Shown: positions 38,891 through 53,000, counted from the first letter of the stretch. The stretch: 64,000 bases of DNA from Octopus vulgaris (GCA_951406725.2 OX597819.1:131006001-131070000); one strand, 5' to 3'. A program made the numbers and translations. Notes: generated by a model not told the origin, from the sequence alone.

Positions 38891-41800
38891 TACATACATA
38901 CATGCAGTCATTTACTGTAACTGTTTTTCATCTTTGCAAACATAACTGATTCATCAAACGCATAAATAAAATCAACATTTAACATGTACAACTGTGTATT
39001 AAATACACAAATTTAAAAACCTTGCCTCTTTTAATTTACTATCATTGAACTAGCATAAATGTAAACGCATAACTGAAAAAGGACTCAATAATGTATATCA
39101 CCATTGCTTTATCATCGGTCAGAATTTGTTTTGGCTACTTTTCTACCCTTGGATACTCTTCTTGTTACCAACCTCCACCAGTTCTGGACAAGGTATACCT
39201 AACTAAGTGTTCATGTATCTTACATCAATGAAAGAATAAGGCCTGTATCCTTAGACATAGTCACTTTTACCAGTCTTGTGGAAGTACTATGATGAGGCAC
39301 TAACATACAGATACTAGAATGGAAAAGATTAAGTATTCACTAGTAGTAACAAATGACTGTTCTAAAACTATTGCAAAGAGAGTGTATAATACAGTACACC
39401 GTGAGTCTATGAAAGTAAAAACTATTCTTCCTTTATCAAGGCACATTTCACAAGTCCAGTTGCTACTCAACAAACAATCTCTATGTTAGAGCTGAATGCT
39501 AATAATATCTGATATTATCATGATTCAACTTCAAACCCCAAGATCTAGTTTGCAATTGCTAAAGAATGGTGTGAAATGCAACATCTATCATCACAGAAAA
39601 CAGCTGAACTCGTTGCATAGGACTCAGAACATCCTTCCAAAAATTTCTTGTATCATTCTGATAGACTAATTAAAAAAAATAATTAAAAAAAAAGGAAAGC
39701 ATGGTACTCGTTAATCCTTTAGCATTTAGATTACTCATTGAGATTTCAATAATGGGATTATTTATTTTTTAAATGAGATCTTACAGTAGGTATGAGAGGT
39801 CATATACTCTTTTACTCTTTTATTTGTTTCAGTCATTTGACTGTGGCCATACTGGAGCACTGCCTTTAGTCGAGCAAATCGACCCCGGGACTTATTCTTT
39901 GTAAGCCCCGTACTTATTCTATCGGTCTCTTTTGCTGAACCGCTAAGTGACAGGGACCTAAACACACCAGCATCGGTTGTCAAGCGATGCTAGGGAAACA
40001 TACACAGACACACAAACATATACACACACACATATATATATATACATATATACGACAGGCTTCTTTCAGTTTCCGTCTACCAAATCCACTCACAAGGCAT
40101 TGGTCAGCCCGAGGCTATAGCAGAAGACACTTGCCCAAGATGCCACGCAGTGGGACTGAACCCGGAACCATGTGGTTGGTAAGCAAGCTACTTACCACAC
40201 AGCCACTCCTGCTAGTTTGAGCATAAAATTGGTGGAATATTTGGGTCAGATGTGGCCAGTTTAAATTCTAAAGGGTTAAATATATTTGGAGTTGAAGAAT
40301 GAAATACATGTCTAATTCTGGGTGGGATACCAAAAGAACTGCAACTTCTGTCTTCTAGAAAATCTAGGCATTGTTCATGGTTCATGTGATGCCAATGACC
40401 CATGACATTATGAACTATATAATGTTAAAGATCTCCAAATGTAATCCATTATTCGTTTCAACTCACTGATAAGTAAAATCAACCAGGCACAACTGCTGAC
40501 ACAAAGAATTCATTTATTAGTTTCTGTCTTTAGACTGTAGCCATGTGGGAACTGTCTCCTTCAAGGATTTTAGGCTTGACCCCAGTACATATTTCTGTCT
40601 GGTGCTTCTCTTATCTTCATGGATGCTTGGCTTGCTCCTTATGAGAACTCGAAATCTCTCGTGGAAGTGCCATCCAACCAAAGTACAAATATATGGGAAA
40701 CTACCACCTGTATCATCTCTTGTGAAAGGTAGGAGAGTCCAGTTTGCTGGACATTGTTGTAGAGCTGAAAACCAGGTAATTTCTACTCTTCTCCTCTGGA
40801 AGCCATCTGCTCGCAATACCAGAGGGTGCACACTCTCCTACCCTGATGTAATATCCAGGGATACAGGCATCTAGCAACAGGACCTCCGTAATGCTATGAT
40901 GGACCATGAAGTCTTGTGTAACATAGTAAATTCCATTGTCTCGACCACAGTCAAACAATGATGATGATGATGCTCAAAATAGGAGCTAAATCATACTTCC
41001 ATCTTAAGGAATGAGCCATGATCACAGATCTGCTCAGCCAGCAAAGATCTAGATATAGACAAAACCAGTAACATTAGACCCTTACACACTACAAAGATAA
41101 GGATATATTTAGCACTTACGGTTTTTGTATCACACATACACACACACGCGCACATGCACACAAGCCTACAATTACAATCCAAATGTTGGCACGTAAAAAG
41201 CACTCACTACACTCACGGAGTGGTTGGCGTGAGGAAGGGCATCCAGCTGTAGAAACTTTGCCAGACCTCAGTCAAAATCGTCCAACCCATGCTAGCATGG
41301 AAAGCAGACGTTAAACGATGATGATGATGATTCCAGTACTGTGATTATTAGTTCTGTAGTATATTGATGACAACTAATAAGTTTAGAAGTTTTTACGCAT
41401 GAGTGACAGGATGTCATCTGCTTGGTTTGATTTACTTTGAATCTACAATGACGATGCCTCGTAAGCATCTTGCAGGCTGGAAGAAGTTTCACCAAAGTAG
41501 ACACCATCTGATCAATGTTGGGTTGTTGTTTTTTTTTTCAACTGGTAATATTTCTGTACAACACTGCACAGTGCTAATTAGCAATCAGTTACAAGGTACA
41601 AGTTATTGAAAACCCTAATCAATGTGGCAACTAAATAGAATGGACCACCATAAACTAAAAGTAATTCTTGAATAAAGGAAACGGCTGGTTTTTAAGAAAA
41701 GGTGAATGAAATAAACAGACATAATTACAAACTAGCATCATTCCCACAATTAGCCATCAGGTTAATTGATACACAATCAAGGAAATGAATATGAAGTGTA

Positions 41801-44800
41801 CAGTCTCAATAATTATGATTATGTACAGTGCAAGAAGGTTGACAGAAAAGACAAATATACAAGTAGTGGGCTGGTGCAGCCTCCTGGCTTCCCAGACCCC
41901 AGTCGAACCGTCCAACCCATGCTAGCATGGAAAGCGGATGTTAAACGAAGATGATGATGATGAGTTTACTGAATATTTATTTTGCTGCCACTGTTTCATG
42001 AAGCATCATCATCATCATCGTTTAATGTCTGCTTTCCATGCTAGCATGGGTTGGACGGTTCGACTGGGGTCTGGGAAGCCAGAGGCTGCACCAGGCTCCA
42101 GTCTGATCTGGCAGTGTTTCTGTTGCAAATAACATTTCATATTAAAGTAGTGATGTGAGGAAACTTTTTTAATGACCTTTTCTCTTTCTCATTTTTCCTC
42201 TGAATACAATAGGCTTGTTGGGTATATAAGGTGGTATCAAAAAGTTCCCAGACTAGTTCTGCAGCATGCCAACTGATGTTCTGTTTGCAGCACAACGTGT
42301 CCAGTGTTGGTTTTCAGTTAGTCGAGAGTGTAGCAACTTGCTGCATAAAACTGTTATGGCATTGAAGTTTGGTTTTGTTTACAATTTAGCAATCTCTGTT
42401 TGTATTGTAGATTGTTGTATATTTAGTTGATTAAAACCTTTTAAACTTAGTACCAGCATCGCCCTACTGGAACCTGTGCCGGTGGCATGTGTAAAAGATT
42501 CGAGCGAGGTCGTTGCCAGTACTGCCTGACTGGCCCCCGTGCTGGTGGCACGTAAAAAGTACCCACTACACTCTCAGAGTGGTTGGCGTTAGGAAGGGCA
42601 TCCAGCTGTAGAAACTCTGCCAGATCAAGATTGAAGCCTGGTGCAGCCAGCCCTCATTCATTCGTCCAACTCATGCTAGCATGGAAAGCGGATGTTAAAC
42701 GGTGATGATGATGATGATATTCCAGTTTGGGTTTATAACAAAAACCTGGGTAAAAAAGTTATGTTTTATTAAATATAATTAGTCTAGGAAATTTTTGATA
42801 CCTCTTCATACTTCTAGTCTTCACACTCTGTAATAAAGAAGAGTCACACGTCGTTGGTGACTTAGCACTTACCTCTGAAATACCTGCATGGGTAATTAGA
42901 ATGTAAAACAAGCCTACGGATAGTTTGTAGCAAGCATGTCTGGTAGCCATGCTTTAAATTTTGTTACTGCATAATTAAATTGTTCTAAATTAGATATTTG
43001 AAAAAATATATATATCTTTGATAACATTAGTCAACAAAAAAAAGAAAAATTAGAAATGAAAGTTCTGGTGCCTTGAACGTTAAACATCATCCATTCATAC
43101 AGCTTTAATAGCGTTACTGCTTCTTATAAACATTACAAAATCACTCATATACAAGGGACAGTAAAGACCCCCTTCAGTCATGAATGACCACAGGATTGCA
43201 GCTAGAAAGTCCCCCTGCAAAGTACAAGTCCGAGCAAGGTTGTTTATGGAAGATCAGCAGTCATCCCTGAAAATACCAGCGTCCCCTCCGCATGCCACAG
43301 ATGAAAGGCAAAGGGGGCTGATACAGCTTAGCACCAGTGGTGAAGCAACACATTTCTACTGCTGAGTGAAGTGGAGCAACATGAAACAAAGGGTCTTGCT
43401 CAAGAACGCAACATGCAACCCGTGTGTCTACAGTGAGGGTCACATCATGCTACCCCACATCTTTGAACGGGGCCTTAAGTTTGATTCAGACGGCTATGTG
43501 AAACCGCCTGAATTCACATGGAATTAACCACAGTCTCTAGCAGCAATGTGAAGCCGAGAGAATTGGTACCAGGCTGAGAAATGAATACATTCTGTGGCGA
43601 TTTGTTCAGTGAAATCTTTCTAGGTGGTGCTTCATTGTGACTGAAACAAGTAAAATAACTGATGACTTTTGGTTTATCTTTCTGGTAAACTTTTGACTAA
43701 AACTTGGATCCTTTCTGTTTGGCAGACAAAAGAGTTCGGGTCTTTTTGCTTTGACCGGCAGATTTTTAAAATAATTTCTTTGTAACTAAACACTTTTAAA
43801 CTTCGTATACTGGCAGAATGTGTTTATTGTTGACAAAATACGGCAGAAATTGTATTCACCTCAATAGACGTCATTGATTGGTTGAAATTGCCGAAATGCA
43901 AGAAATTAAACAACAAGTAGCTTAGAAACTAGAATTTTCTCAAGAACGCCAAGAGAAAAAGATGTTTTATGTAACTCACTACCATTAGGGGTAGGAGTGG
44001 CTGTATGATAAGTAGCTTGCTTACGAACCACATGGTTCCGGGTTCAGTTCTACTGCGTGGCACCTTGGGTGTCTTCTACTATAGCCTCGGGCCGACCAAA
44101 GCCTTGTGAGTGGATTTGGTAGACGGAAACTGAAAGAAGCCCGTCGTGTATATGTATGTGCGTGTTTGTCCCCCTAGCATTGCTTGACAACCGATGCTGG
44201 TGTGTTTACGTCCCCGTCACTTAGCGGTTCGGCAAAAAGAGACCGATAGAATAAGTACTGGGCTTACAAAGAATAAGTCCTGGGGTCGATTTGCTCGACT
44301 AAAGGCGGTGCTCCAGCATGGCCACAGTCACATGACTGAAACAAGTAAAAGAGTAAAGAGAGAGTATACGAAGTTTAAAATTTTTTAGTTACATAGAAAT
44401 TATTTTGAAAATCTGCCGATCAACGTGAAAAGATCCGCGATAGAGGACTCAATAAACAAAAATAGAATGAAGTACAGGTTATTAAACATTATCTTTCAAC
44501 TGACTTTTGATCCTTAACATATTCGTCTCGCTTAGCTTCTTTACCACCCCGGCAGATATACGAACTTAAAAAAAGGACCCCTTTTAATGAATGAGGAAAA
44601 CGTTATTTGAAAAGTGTCGGTAGGGATGCAGGGAAAGCTTAGACATAAGCTTCCAGTAGAGTAACTTGTTGAGCTGGTTTCAATTCGCCGCTAAAACGAG
44701 TTCATTTTTAATTAATCTCTTAACATGTTCAAAGTGAAAACATCATTTAATGGATTCCAACTCGAAGAAAAATTGATAATCTTGCACAAAAGCAATTCTC

Positions 44801-44838
44801 GTTTATTTCCGTACAATTCATTTAAAAAAAAAAACGAC

Positions 44839-45149
44839 GGTACTATTTAAGAAGAGTGATCCCGGTGCGCGCACTCGCGCAAGCTAGTCGTGACTAATCG
44901 ATCCTACAACGACTACCAAACTACCTAAAATGACTATAACAAATGTTCATACAAATTCGGTTAAAAGTTATTAGAAGTTTTTTGATAAACTTTTGGTACC
45001 CCCATCATAACTTAGACGGAGCTTTTTTTTTTAAACAAATAGGGTTTTTTTTTTATAGGATAGGTAGTCATTTTAGGATCGACTAATCACGTCTAGCTAG
45101 CGCACATGCGCGAGTGCGCGCACCGGGGCTACTCTTCTTAACTAGTACC
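44839..45149. mobile_element. Merlin-like MITE
   Basis: GGTACTA...TAGTACC TIRs; flanks AAAACGAC / AAAAAGAC (7 of 8 match). Confidence 0.8.
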
Positions 45150-45321
45150 AAAAAGACAAAAAATATATATATTCGAAACATTAAACATGCAAGTATAATT
45201 TTATTCCAAACACATTTTAAAATAATTTCAATTTTACAAAAAAAAAACTAATTTTATTTAGTGACAATCAAGTCTCGTTTTAGCATCAACAAAGTCTCGT
45301 TTTCCATGAGACTTCCCAGCC

Positions 45322-45402
45322 TATATATATTTCGAAACTTGGTCGCTTCTGCCTTTATTCTTCTTCTGCGGCTGAAGTCGTCGGATGCGAGGCAAAGTAA
45401 GT
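45322..45402 (+). promoter_or_regulatory. TATA-like box, pyrimidine-rich (TOP-like) start and first splice donor of the putative snoRNA host gene
   Basis: TATATATA at 45322, ~31 nt before CCTTTATTCTTCTTC (45352-45366); short CpG-rich exon; AAA|GTAAGT at 45397. Confidence 0.65.
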
Positions 45403-45492
45403 GGACTTCCATTCAGTTATTATCCGTTATTCAGAATACAAATTATGAAATTATACTGTTACCTTTATTTGTGTAGCAGAAATACCGCATTT

Positions 45493-45785
45493 GGTACTAC
45501 TAGCGAACAGTGGTCCCGGTGCGCGCACACGCGTAGTCACGCATCCGCGCTAGCTAGTCGTGACTAGTCGATCCTATAACGACTAACTAGCAAAGTAGAT
45601 TAAACACAAAACTAATACTTTTTTTACACAAAAGTAAATAATTTTTGTTAAAAAAAGTATATAAAACACAAAAATACAAAGTAAATATTTTTTAAAACAA
45701 AGTAATTAACACAAAGTAAGGATCGACTAGTCATGACTAGCTGGCGCGTGTGCGCGCACCGGGACCACTGTTCGCTAGTAGTACC
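45493..45785. mobile_element. Merlin-like MITE with perfect 8-bp TSD
   Basis: CCGCATTT|GGTACTACTAGCGAACAGTGGTCCCGGTGCGCGCAC...GTGCGCGCACCGGGACCACTGTTCGCTAGTAGTACC|CCGCATTT. Confidence 0.92.
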
Positions 45786-47686
45786 CCGCATTTATTGTAT
45801 CTGGTAATCTGGTAATGGTAATATAAAAAGGAAAAGCCAAAAAGACTAATTCTTCGATTGATCATAGTTTTTAAAGGAACGAATGTCTGTTGAGGAATTT
45901 TAAAATAGTAAAAAGAATCTTTGGGAAACCTCAACGAATCTCCCTTATCCTCTTCTTTCATGTACATTACATTTACGTAGATCTTGTCTTATAAAATATT
46001 GGTGTCGTGTTCCAAGAGGAATCTATATCGTTTATATTATTTGAATTTCGGACGGTAACCTTTGCAGCAAACATCTAAGCGATCGCATAACTACAGTAAA
46101 GGTTTATGTCTGTTTCTATAATTTTAAATAAAACCGATCTTCCATAGGAAAGGGAGAAGAAAATTATTTTAAAAAACAGCAAGTTTTAATTCAGTACAAA
46201 CTCAGATCATGGGTTGTTGTCTGATGGTGTTTCACCGAAAACGGATTGTGTGCGGGTATTCGGCGGCGCACATGGCCCAGACGTGACCCCAATCTCACCC
46301 TTTTTTTTTTTTAACTGAAACCACGTTTTCGGCTAAAGAGATTCCGATTCTGAAAAAAGAAAAGAAATTCGCGAAAATTGCAAGTTAGGAATTTAAAATC
46401 TCACCCCCATTTCTTTATTGACTTTTTTTGAGAAATTTCTGTCGGCGAAATACGTGGAAAAATACAGATTATGATTCTGGAAAGAAAAAATTGTGAAATT
46501 TCAATTTTTCGATAAAAAGGCGGAGCTGATCGTCCCTACCCTGTCGGTCTTGTTTTTTTCGCTTTCAGGGTCAACGATTCTAAGGGAAGCCAACACGATA
46601 TTGGCACTCCTGGAGAAGAGCGGTCCCGGTGCGTGTTTTAGAGCAAGTTGTTTTACACCTATTACACTTTTTTTGTGACCAGGTCAAACGCTTTAGTTTG
46701 AAAGATTACCGTTAACAAAACAAAAAAACCCAACCTGCTGGATGTTAAGTATCCATTCTAATTGTTGGAGCGAATACAATGGAATGACTGACATTGATGT
46801 CGAACCACGGTTATTCCCGTTTCAAAGTCAACCATTAAGAAAACTTAATGGCCCTTTAGTAACTCAGTTGAATTGTGCTGGAAAATGTAACACGCAGGTT
46901 ATGATGGGAGTACGCAAAATTTCCCCCGAGTACTTCTTTAAGTTTCCGTCGGTACTAAAGGGTCGGGTCCACTCGAAAGTAACACCAATTTTGTGTGCAT
47001 ATTCGTTTTCTACGCATTTTTTTACATTTAGTAGGCTTTTTTTCGCGACTAAGTCATAAACTGTATATTGGACTGGGTACAAAGTGCAAGGGCAATAAAT
47101 CCGAATATCTTGGGACAAATTAAAAGGTTTTTAATTGCAGATTCTACCTGGAAGAGAAAATGACGACCAGCGGTCATTGCTACATTGCAGGAGGCAGCGA
47201 TTTATAGAAATCACGGATCTTTATAAATTTTCCAAGCTCTTTTGTACACAAAGTTAAGATGGAATTAAAAGCCTCTATCGGGAATGTTTGAACTGTACCA
47301 AGGAGAAAAATCATTCCAACATGAGCCATCAAAGGGGACACCTGAAATAGTGTTGACTAATTTGTATTCTAAGCAGTTTATTGGAACATTTAATAAAAAA
47401 AATTGTACTTTGTTGGTTCTGGGAGAATGACACTTGCAACATTGGCTATTTGAGTTAAAAGAAGGTTTTCTAAGTCAACAAATGCACACTTTAAGAGCCT
47501 TTTCTCAATCGATTTGGGTTTATGGTGTCTAACTGTGCTACACAAAATTTTTAGGAGTTTACAAAAGCTGTTGAGGACCGAGTCTGTCTCGATTCTTTCA
47601 TTTTTGATAAACTCCAACATGTGAACTCTAATTGAATTATTCAGTATTCTGTTACTGCTGCTATATATATATATATATATATATAT

Positions 47687-47906
47687 GGTACTACTAGCGT
47701 ACAGTGGTCCCGGTGCGCGCATCCGCGGCAGCTAGTCGTAAGTAGTCGATCCTACGACTACTTAGCAAAGTAAATAAAACAATAATTTTTTTACACAAAG
47801 TAAATAATTTTTGTTAAAGTATTTATCACACAAAAACAAAGGATCGACTAGTCATGAATAGCTAGAGCGAGTGCGCGCACCGGGACCACTGTTCTCCAGT
47901 AGTGCC
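47687..47906. mobile_element. Merlin-like MITE
   Basis: Same TIRs; TSD GCTATATA, with the left copy expanded into (TA)n. Confidence 0.85.
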
Positions 47907-48545
47907 GCTATATATTAGCAAAAAAAAAAAAAAAAAGGGTGTTTCGGATATAGTGATGGTATCCTATCGGTTTCTAATCCACTCTGCTGCCAGTGTGCCT
48001 TGAAGGTTGCCAGCATTTTGGAAGTGGCCAGTTTCTTTGTGTCCAAGATCAGAGCAGTTGGTGACCTGTGATGGAAATGTATTGATGAGAACTATGGCTG
48101 AGCAGCGGCTCTGAATTTTCATAACCCTGATGTGTGTCCTCTATATCTCTTGGATTGAACCCACTTGTCTGCTATATCTCGGTCATTGTGAAGAGGTAAT
48201 CGAACAGACTGACTCAAAATGCCAAGAACTTGAAAGCTGCCATTGTTGGTTTGGGAAATGGCAATGGAGTTGGTAAGTTGGCTTCGGAACTGTGTTAAGG
48301 ATTTAGTCCCACTGAGTGGATGTTGTTGTTGGCTGGTGTCCTTGTACTGTAGCTTAAGGGTAAAATAGGTAGGCAGAGCACATTGTATCATCACCATTTT
48401 AACGTCCTCTTTCCATGCTGGTATGGGTTGGACAAGAGCTAGCGAGTCAGAAGACTGTCCAGTTAACATTTCCCCTTGCTTTCCAAGTGTATTATTGGCC
48501 TTGTAAACGGATGCATTGCTCTTCATGCAGACCATATTGCTAGCT

Positions 48546-48774
48546 GGGACTACTTGAGAACGGTGGTCCTGGTGCGAGCATCCGCGCTAGCTAGTCATGA
48601 CTAGTCGATCCTTACTTAGTGTTTTTGTGTTATTTACTTTAACAAAAATTATTTACTCTGTAAAAAAAGTTTATTTTGTGTTTTATTTACTTTGCTGGGT
48701 AGTCGTTGTAGGATCGACTAGCTAGCGCGGATGTGGGAGTGCGCGCACCAGGACCACTGTTCTCAAGTAGTACG
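48546..48774. mobile_element. Merlin-like MITE with degenerate ends
   Basis: GGGACTACTTGAGAACGGTGGTCCTGGTGCG...CGCACCAGGACCACTGTTCTCAAGTAGTAC. Confidence 0.8.
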
Positions 48775-49324
48775 TTGCTTGTAGTTAACTGCAAAAGCAT
48801 GTCTGGTCTAGATTCATTTGTTTATAGTTTTCTGTGTAACCATGTCTAAGGTCGACTTTTTTATTGTAAGTTAAATGGAAACAAAAAATTGGGCTTTCTA
48901 GCTCAAATAGTAGCTAAGATATAACTTGAAATTTCAAAAGGTCAATTACTCACCAAATACAAGGTGATTGGTTTCAATATACCCTTTCATTACTCTATTC
49001 ATTTTGAGATGCTCTGTGTTTCTTTCAATTAATTTTAAATATAACAAAGAATTTAGTAAAATAACTAAGTTACCATTAAGTTAGTGTTAGGAACATAAAT
49101 TGTGACTAAGGTTTGGTGAAAGATTTTAATTCAAAACTTATGAAAACAAGACATTTGTATTACAGAGCCAAGGCCGGGTTGGTAACGAAAGGGTTAATAA
49201 CTTCCTTAATTTTACAAATGAAAGCATGAAATTTTGATACAACATAAATGACATTATGGAAATTAATTATTTAACCGTTTTCCTCTTTTTCCAGATTTTA
49301 TGTGCTCACGGATCTGAGAGATTC

Positions 49325-49900
49325 ATGGACAAGTACAGCACTCAGCAATGCATCCAGGTGGCAAAATTCTTCTACCAAAATCGGGGGTCGATAATTCAGA
49401 CCCAGGAGCATACTGTCGACACGTGCAGGTGAGAGATGCACCAGGTGAGGAAGTGATTAAAGCAAGGAACAGAAGCGGGAATCGTCGCAATGTCAAGTGA
49501 TGAGACAAGCGAACAATCCCATGACTAGTTCAGATTTTTTCTTGTGGGGATACCTGAAAGAGAGGGTTTACATCAAGGAACGGTAGCCGATCTGGGTAAG
49601 GATACATTTAGACCCTTTTAAAATCTGCCAAATTTGTTCAATGATGGGCCTAGTCCAAGCTTCAGAACAAGGGAAGCAATCACCTGTTTTTGGGGTGGAT
49701 GAATCTGTCCCTCCAGGCTCACATAGTTTTGCAGCTTCAGACTTCCATCTCTTTGGCTCAATAAGAGACACTGAGAGGTGAACATTATTATGGTGGTGAT
49801 CAAAGAGCGAAAAACTATTATAAGGGAATTAGATATGTTACCACCCTGTGGAGTTTTATGAAATTGGATTATATACCCTCATTCATAGGTGTAATACTGC
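49325..49900 (+). pseudogene. Decayed Tc1/mariner transposase fragments
   Basis: MDKYSTQQCIQVAKFFYQNRGSIIQTQ (rosa-like N-terminus), DFFLWGYLKERVY near 49533-49572, and SDFHLFGS (mariner-like) near 49737-49760. Confidence 0.65.
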
Positions 49901-50402
49901 CATTGAAAGGGACTGTTCAAAAGTAGGAAAGTGAACCTGTGATAGTTACAATAGTTGTACAATTTGTTTCTTTGTGTTCTTTATTCTTTTTTATATAATT
50001 ATGCCAATTGCATTACTTTCTGACTCACTAATGGTTCTTGATAGGTGAATGTTAAATTTGGAATTGTCGACTGTGCTGCCCCCAGGTTATTATAAGATGA
50101 AGTTGCAATTACATTTGTAGATTTGCCTGTATACTGTATTGAATGATGGTTTTCTGGTTATTATTCTAATTGAGATCATTTTAAACTCTGAGGACTATAT
50201 TTCTAGCAAAAAATACTCGTAATGCACTTTGGTTGAGAACTTAATGGCCTGTGACATATTTTTCTTTTGAATTTGGTGTTTGGAATAGAACATGTTTATA
50301 GTAATCTATTGTGAAATTATACGTTGTCATCAACACCACCACCACCATCATTGTCACCTTTGGTCATACCCTTCCCGAATTATGTTTTAACTTTAATGTA
50401 CT

Positions 50403-50465
50403 AATTGTGATGAATAAGATATCGCCCCAGTCTGAATTGTGTGAATGGTTTCAAGTATCATTGTG
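50403..50465 (+). pseudogene. SNORD31: Diverged SNORD31-like copy, terminal box D not recognisable
   Basis: GTGATGA(50407)ATAAGATATCGCCCCAGT-CTGA(50432). Confidence 0.65.
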
Positions 50466-50811
50466 TTCAGGTTGGTGTCCATGTTCTTAGAACTGTAGTT
50501 TGAAATAAGGCTGCTTTGTCTCTGGCAATTTGAGAGGGAATTGGCCGATTCCTTTTGCAGTCAAATTGTCTTTTTAAAGCTGAATACTTTCGAAACTTTT
50601 TGATTGTGCTCAAATCAGCTTCTTTTTATCAACTATAAAGTTTAGCTTTGTTCAAAAGAGACATTGCCTACAAATTGGTATTTTTAAATTGTGTGTCCCA
50701 GCAACTGCATAAGAGAGAATATATTTTAATCTATTTTTGCAGATTCAAAAGACACTCTGGCTTCTCCGTGGAAAAGTTGCTGGAATGCTCTGGATGAGCA
50801 TTGGAAACCTA

Positions 50812-51319
50812 GGTACTAGTCACGTAGACTGGACCCGGTGCGCGCAGACGTGCTAGCCAGTCGTGGGTGGTCGATCCTACAGTGGCTTGCGGATGCAAAT
50901 GAGCTGGTTTGCGATCAACATAAAATACTATTTTACAGAATAAAGTAAATAATTTTTAAAACTTGAATAATAATTTTTTTTTACACAAAAGACTGTTTTG
51001 AGAATATTCTTAAACATCTTTCAGAATGGTATACATTTGAATATATAATTTTCAAAAAATTACATATGTTTGTGTAAAAAAAATTATTATTTAAGTTTAA
51101 AAAATTATTTACTTTGGTAAAAAAATATTATCAATATTAATTAATTTTATTCTGTAAAATAGTATTTTATGTTGATCGCAAACAAATATGTATTGCGCAC
51201 GTGCGATACAAGTACGTATGCAATCAGCTCATTTGCTTATGCAAGTCGCTGTAGGATCGACTACCTACAACTGGCTAGCGCATCTGTGTGCGCCGGGTCC
51301 AGTCTCTGTGACTAGTACC
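50812..51319. mobile_element. Longer Merlin-like MITE subfamily (~508 bp, largely palindromic)
   Basis: GGTACTAGTCAC.../...GTGACTAGTACC; flanks GGAAACCTA / GGAAATCTG (7 of 9 match). Confidence 0.85.
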
Positions 51320-52284
51320 GGAAATCTGTTTCTGATTTTGGTTTATGTGGAGGCAGTGGATATGGTACTGGGAATGAGTCAAACCAAAGACTGCATACGA
51401 TGAACAGAATATGGCTCCTCACTCGACATAGGCTGATTAGTGATTTCAGACTACGAGACGCACGACGGTCAGGATAATGAAGGTAAGGATATTGACCAGA
51501 TGGCGGTGCGATTGGGAGTTCCCTATGGGGAACTTCCTGTAAATATAGGAAGGAAAAAATATCAAGTTATGAGAATCTAGCATTGATTTATTCAGCTGTA
51601 CATTGCTGAAATGATGGTGTTACCTGATGAGGTAGATCTTGTGCTCTTGCATAATTTTAATCAGCTTTTTAATGAACTTTTCCTGAGATGTGTTTTCAAT
51701 GGTACGGTATGTTACAATTACATTGGTAAAACTTGGAAAAAATTTAGAGTTTACTGAACAAACTGATATTGGAAGTACCATAAAAGGTTACGGGTGCTTC
51801 TGTATACTCTTTACTCTCTTTTTGCTCTTTTACTTGTTTCAGTCATTTGACTGCGGCCATGCTAGAGCACCGCCTTTAGTCGAGCAAATCGACCCCGGGA
51901 CTTATTCTTTTGTAAGCTCAGTACTTATTCTATGGGTCTCTATTGCCAAACCGCTAAGTGACGGGGACGTAAACACCAGCATCGGTTGTCAAGCAATGCT
52001 AGGGGGACAAACACAGACACACACACACACACATATATATACGACAGTCTTCTTTCAGTTTCCGTCTACCAAATCCACTCACAAGGCATTGGTCGGCCTG
52101 GGGCTATAGCAGAAGACACTTGCCCAAGATGCCACGCAGTGGGACTGAACCCCAAACCATGTGGTTGGTTAGCAAGCTACTTACCACACAGCCACTCCTG
52201 TGCCTGGTAAATTTCATGCAAGCATGCATTTAGTAAAGTCTGCCTGGTCAAATACCCTAATATTGGATAGTTGGCAATTAATGG

Positions 52285-52354
52285 ACTAATTGTGATGAAT
52301 AAGGTATCGCCCCAGTCTGAATTGTGTGGCTGAATCGGTTTAAGTGATTTTAGT
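52285..52354 (+). ncRNA. SNORD31: Diverged SNORD31/U31 homologue (box D reads GTGA)
   Basis: Stem ACTAA/TTAGT; box C GTGATGA at 52292; guide GTATCGCCCCAGT plus D' CTGA at 52317. Confidence 0.75.
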
Positions 52355-53000
52355 AAACGCTTGTCTTTCATCTTTTACTTGTTTCAGTCATTGGACTGCA
52401 ACCATTCTGTGACATTGCCTTGAATTTTAGTTGAATGTATTGAACCCAGTACTTTGTTTTTTTTTTTTAAGGCTTGGTATTTATTCTATTGGTCTCTTTT
52501 GTCAAGTAGTGGTTGAGTGGACGAACAAAGGCACAATGGACTTCTTTCAGTTTCTGTCTACCAGGTCTATTCAAAGGCTTTGGTCAACCCAAGGTTAGAA
52601 GACATTTGCCCATGGTGCCACACAGTGGGACTGAACTCTGAACTACACTTCTTACTACACAGCCATGCCCATGGGCATTAGTTTCTGCTCCTATCAACAT
52701 TGATTTCTGCTTTTCACCTTTCTTGAGTCCTAATAAAACTAGCAAGGGGCAAGGAGTTGATTTAACCCTTTCATTGCCATATTTCTACTGAAATAGGGGA
52801 GAATTTAGTAAAGGAGCTGGTGTTAGGAATGAAACTTACCATGAAATTGTGATGGGAGATTTTTCAAATCAACTTTATGAAAAGGAGGTTGCCATACCGG
52901 AGGAGGTCCCAAGTGGTGTCAAGAAGGGTTAATCCAATAGATGTGCTTCTGTTAAAAATTGTTTGAAACCCTGTTAGGTTTTATACTTCATCTTGGTAGT

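Noticed and set aside
45385-45396. ATG CGA GGC AAA|GT (MRGK) resembles the first coding segment of RPL41 (MRAK|)
   Set aside because: No downstream exon encoding WRKKRMRRLKRKRR was found in the window, so it is treated as an incidental ATG in a non-coding exon.
50143-50191. ATGATGG...CTGA as another C/D snoRNA
   Set aside because: Too short, imperfect box C, no terminal stem and no recognisable rRNA complement.
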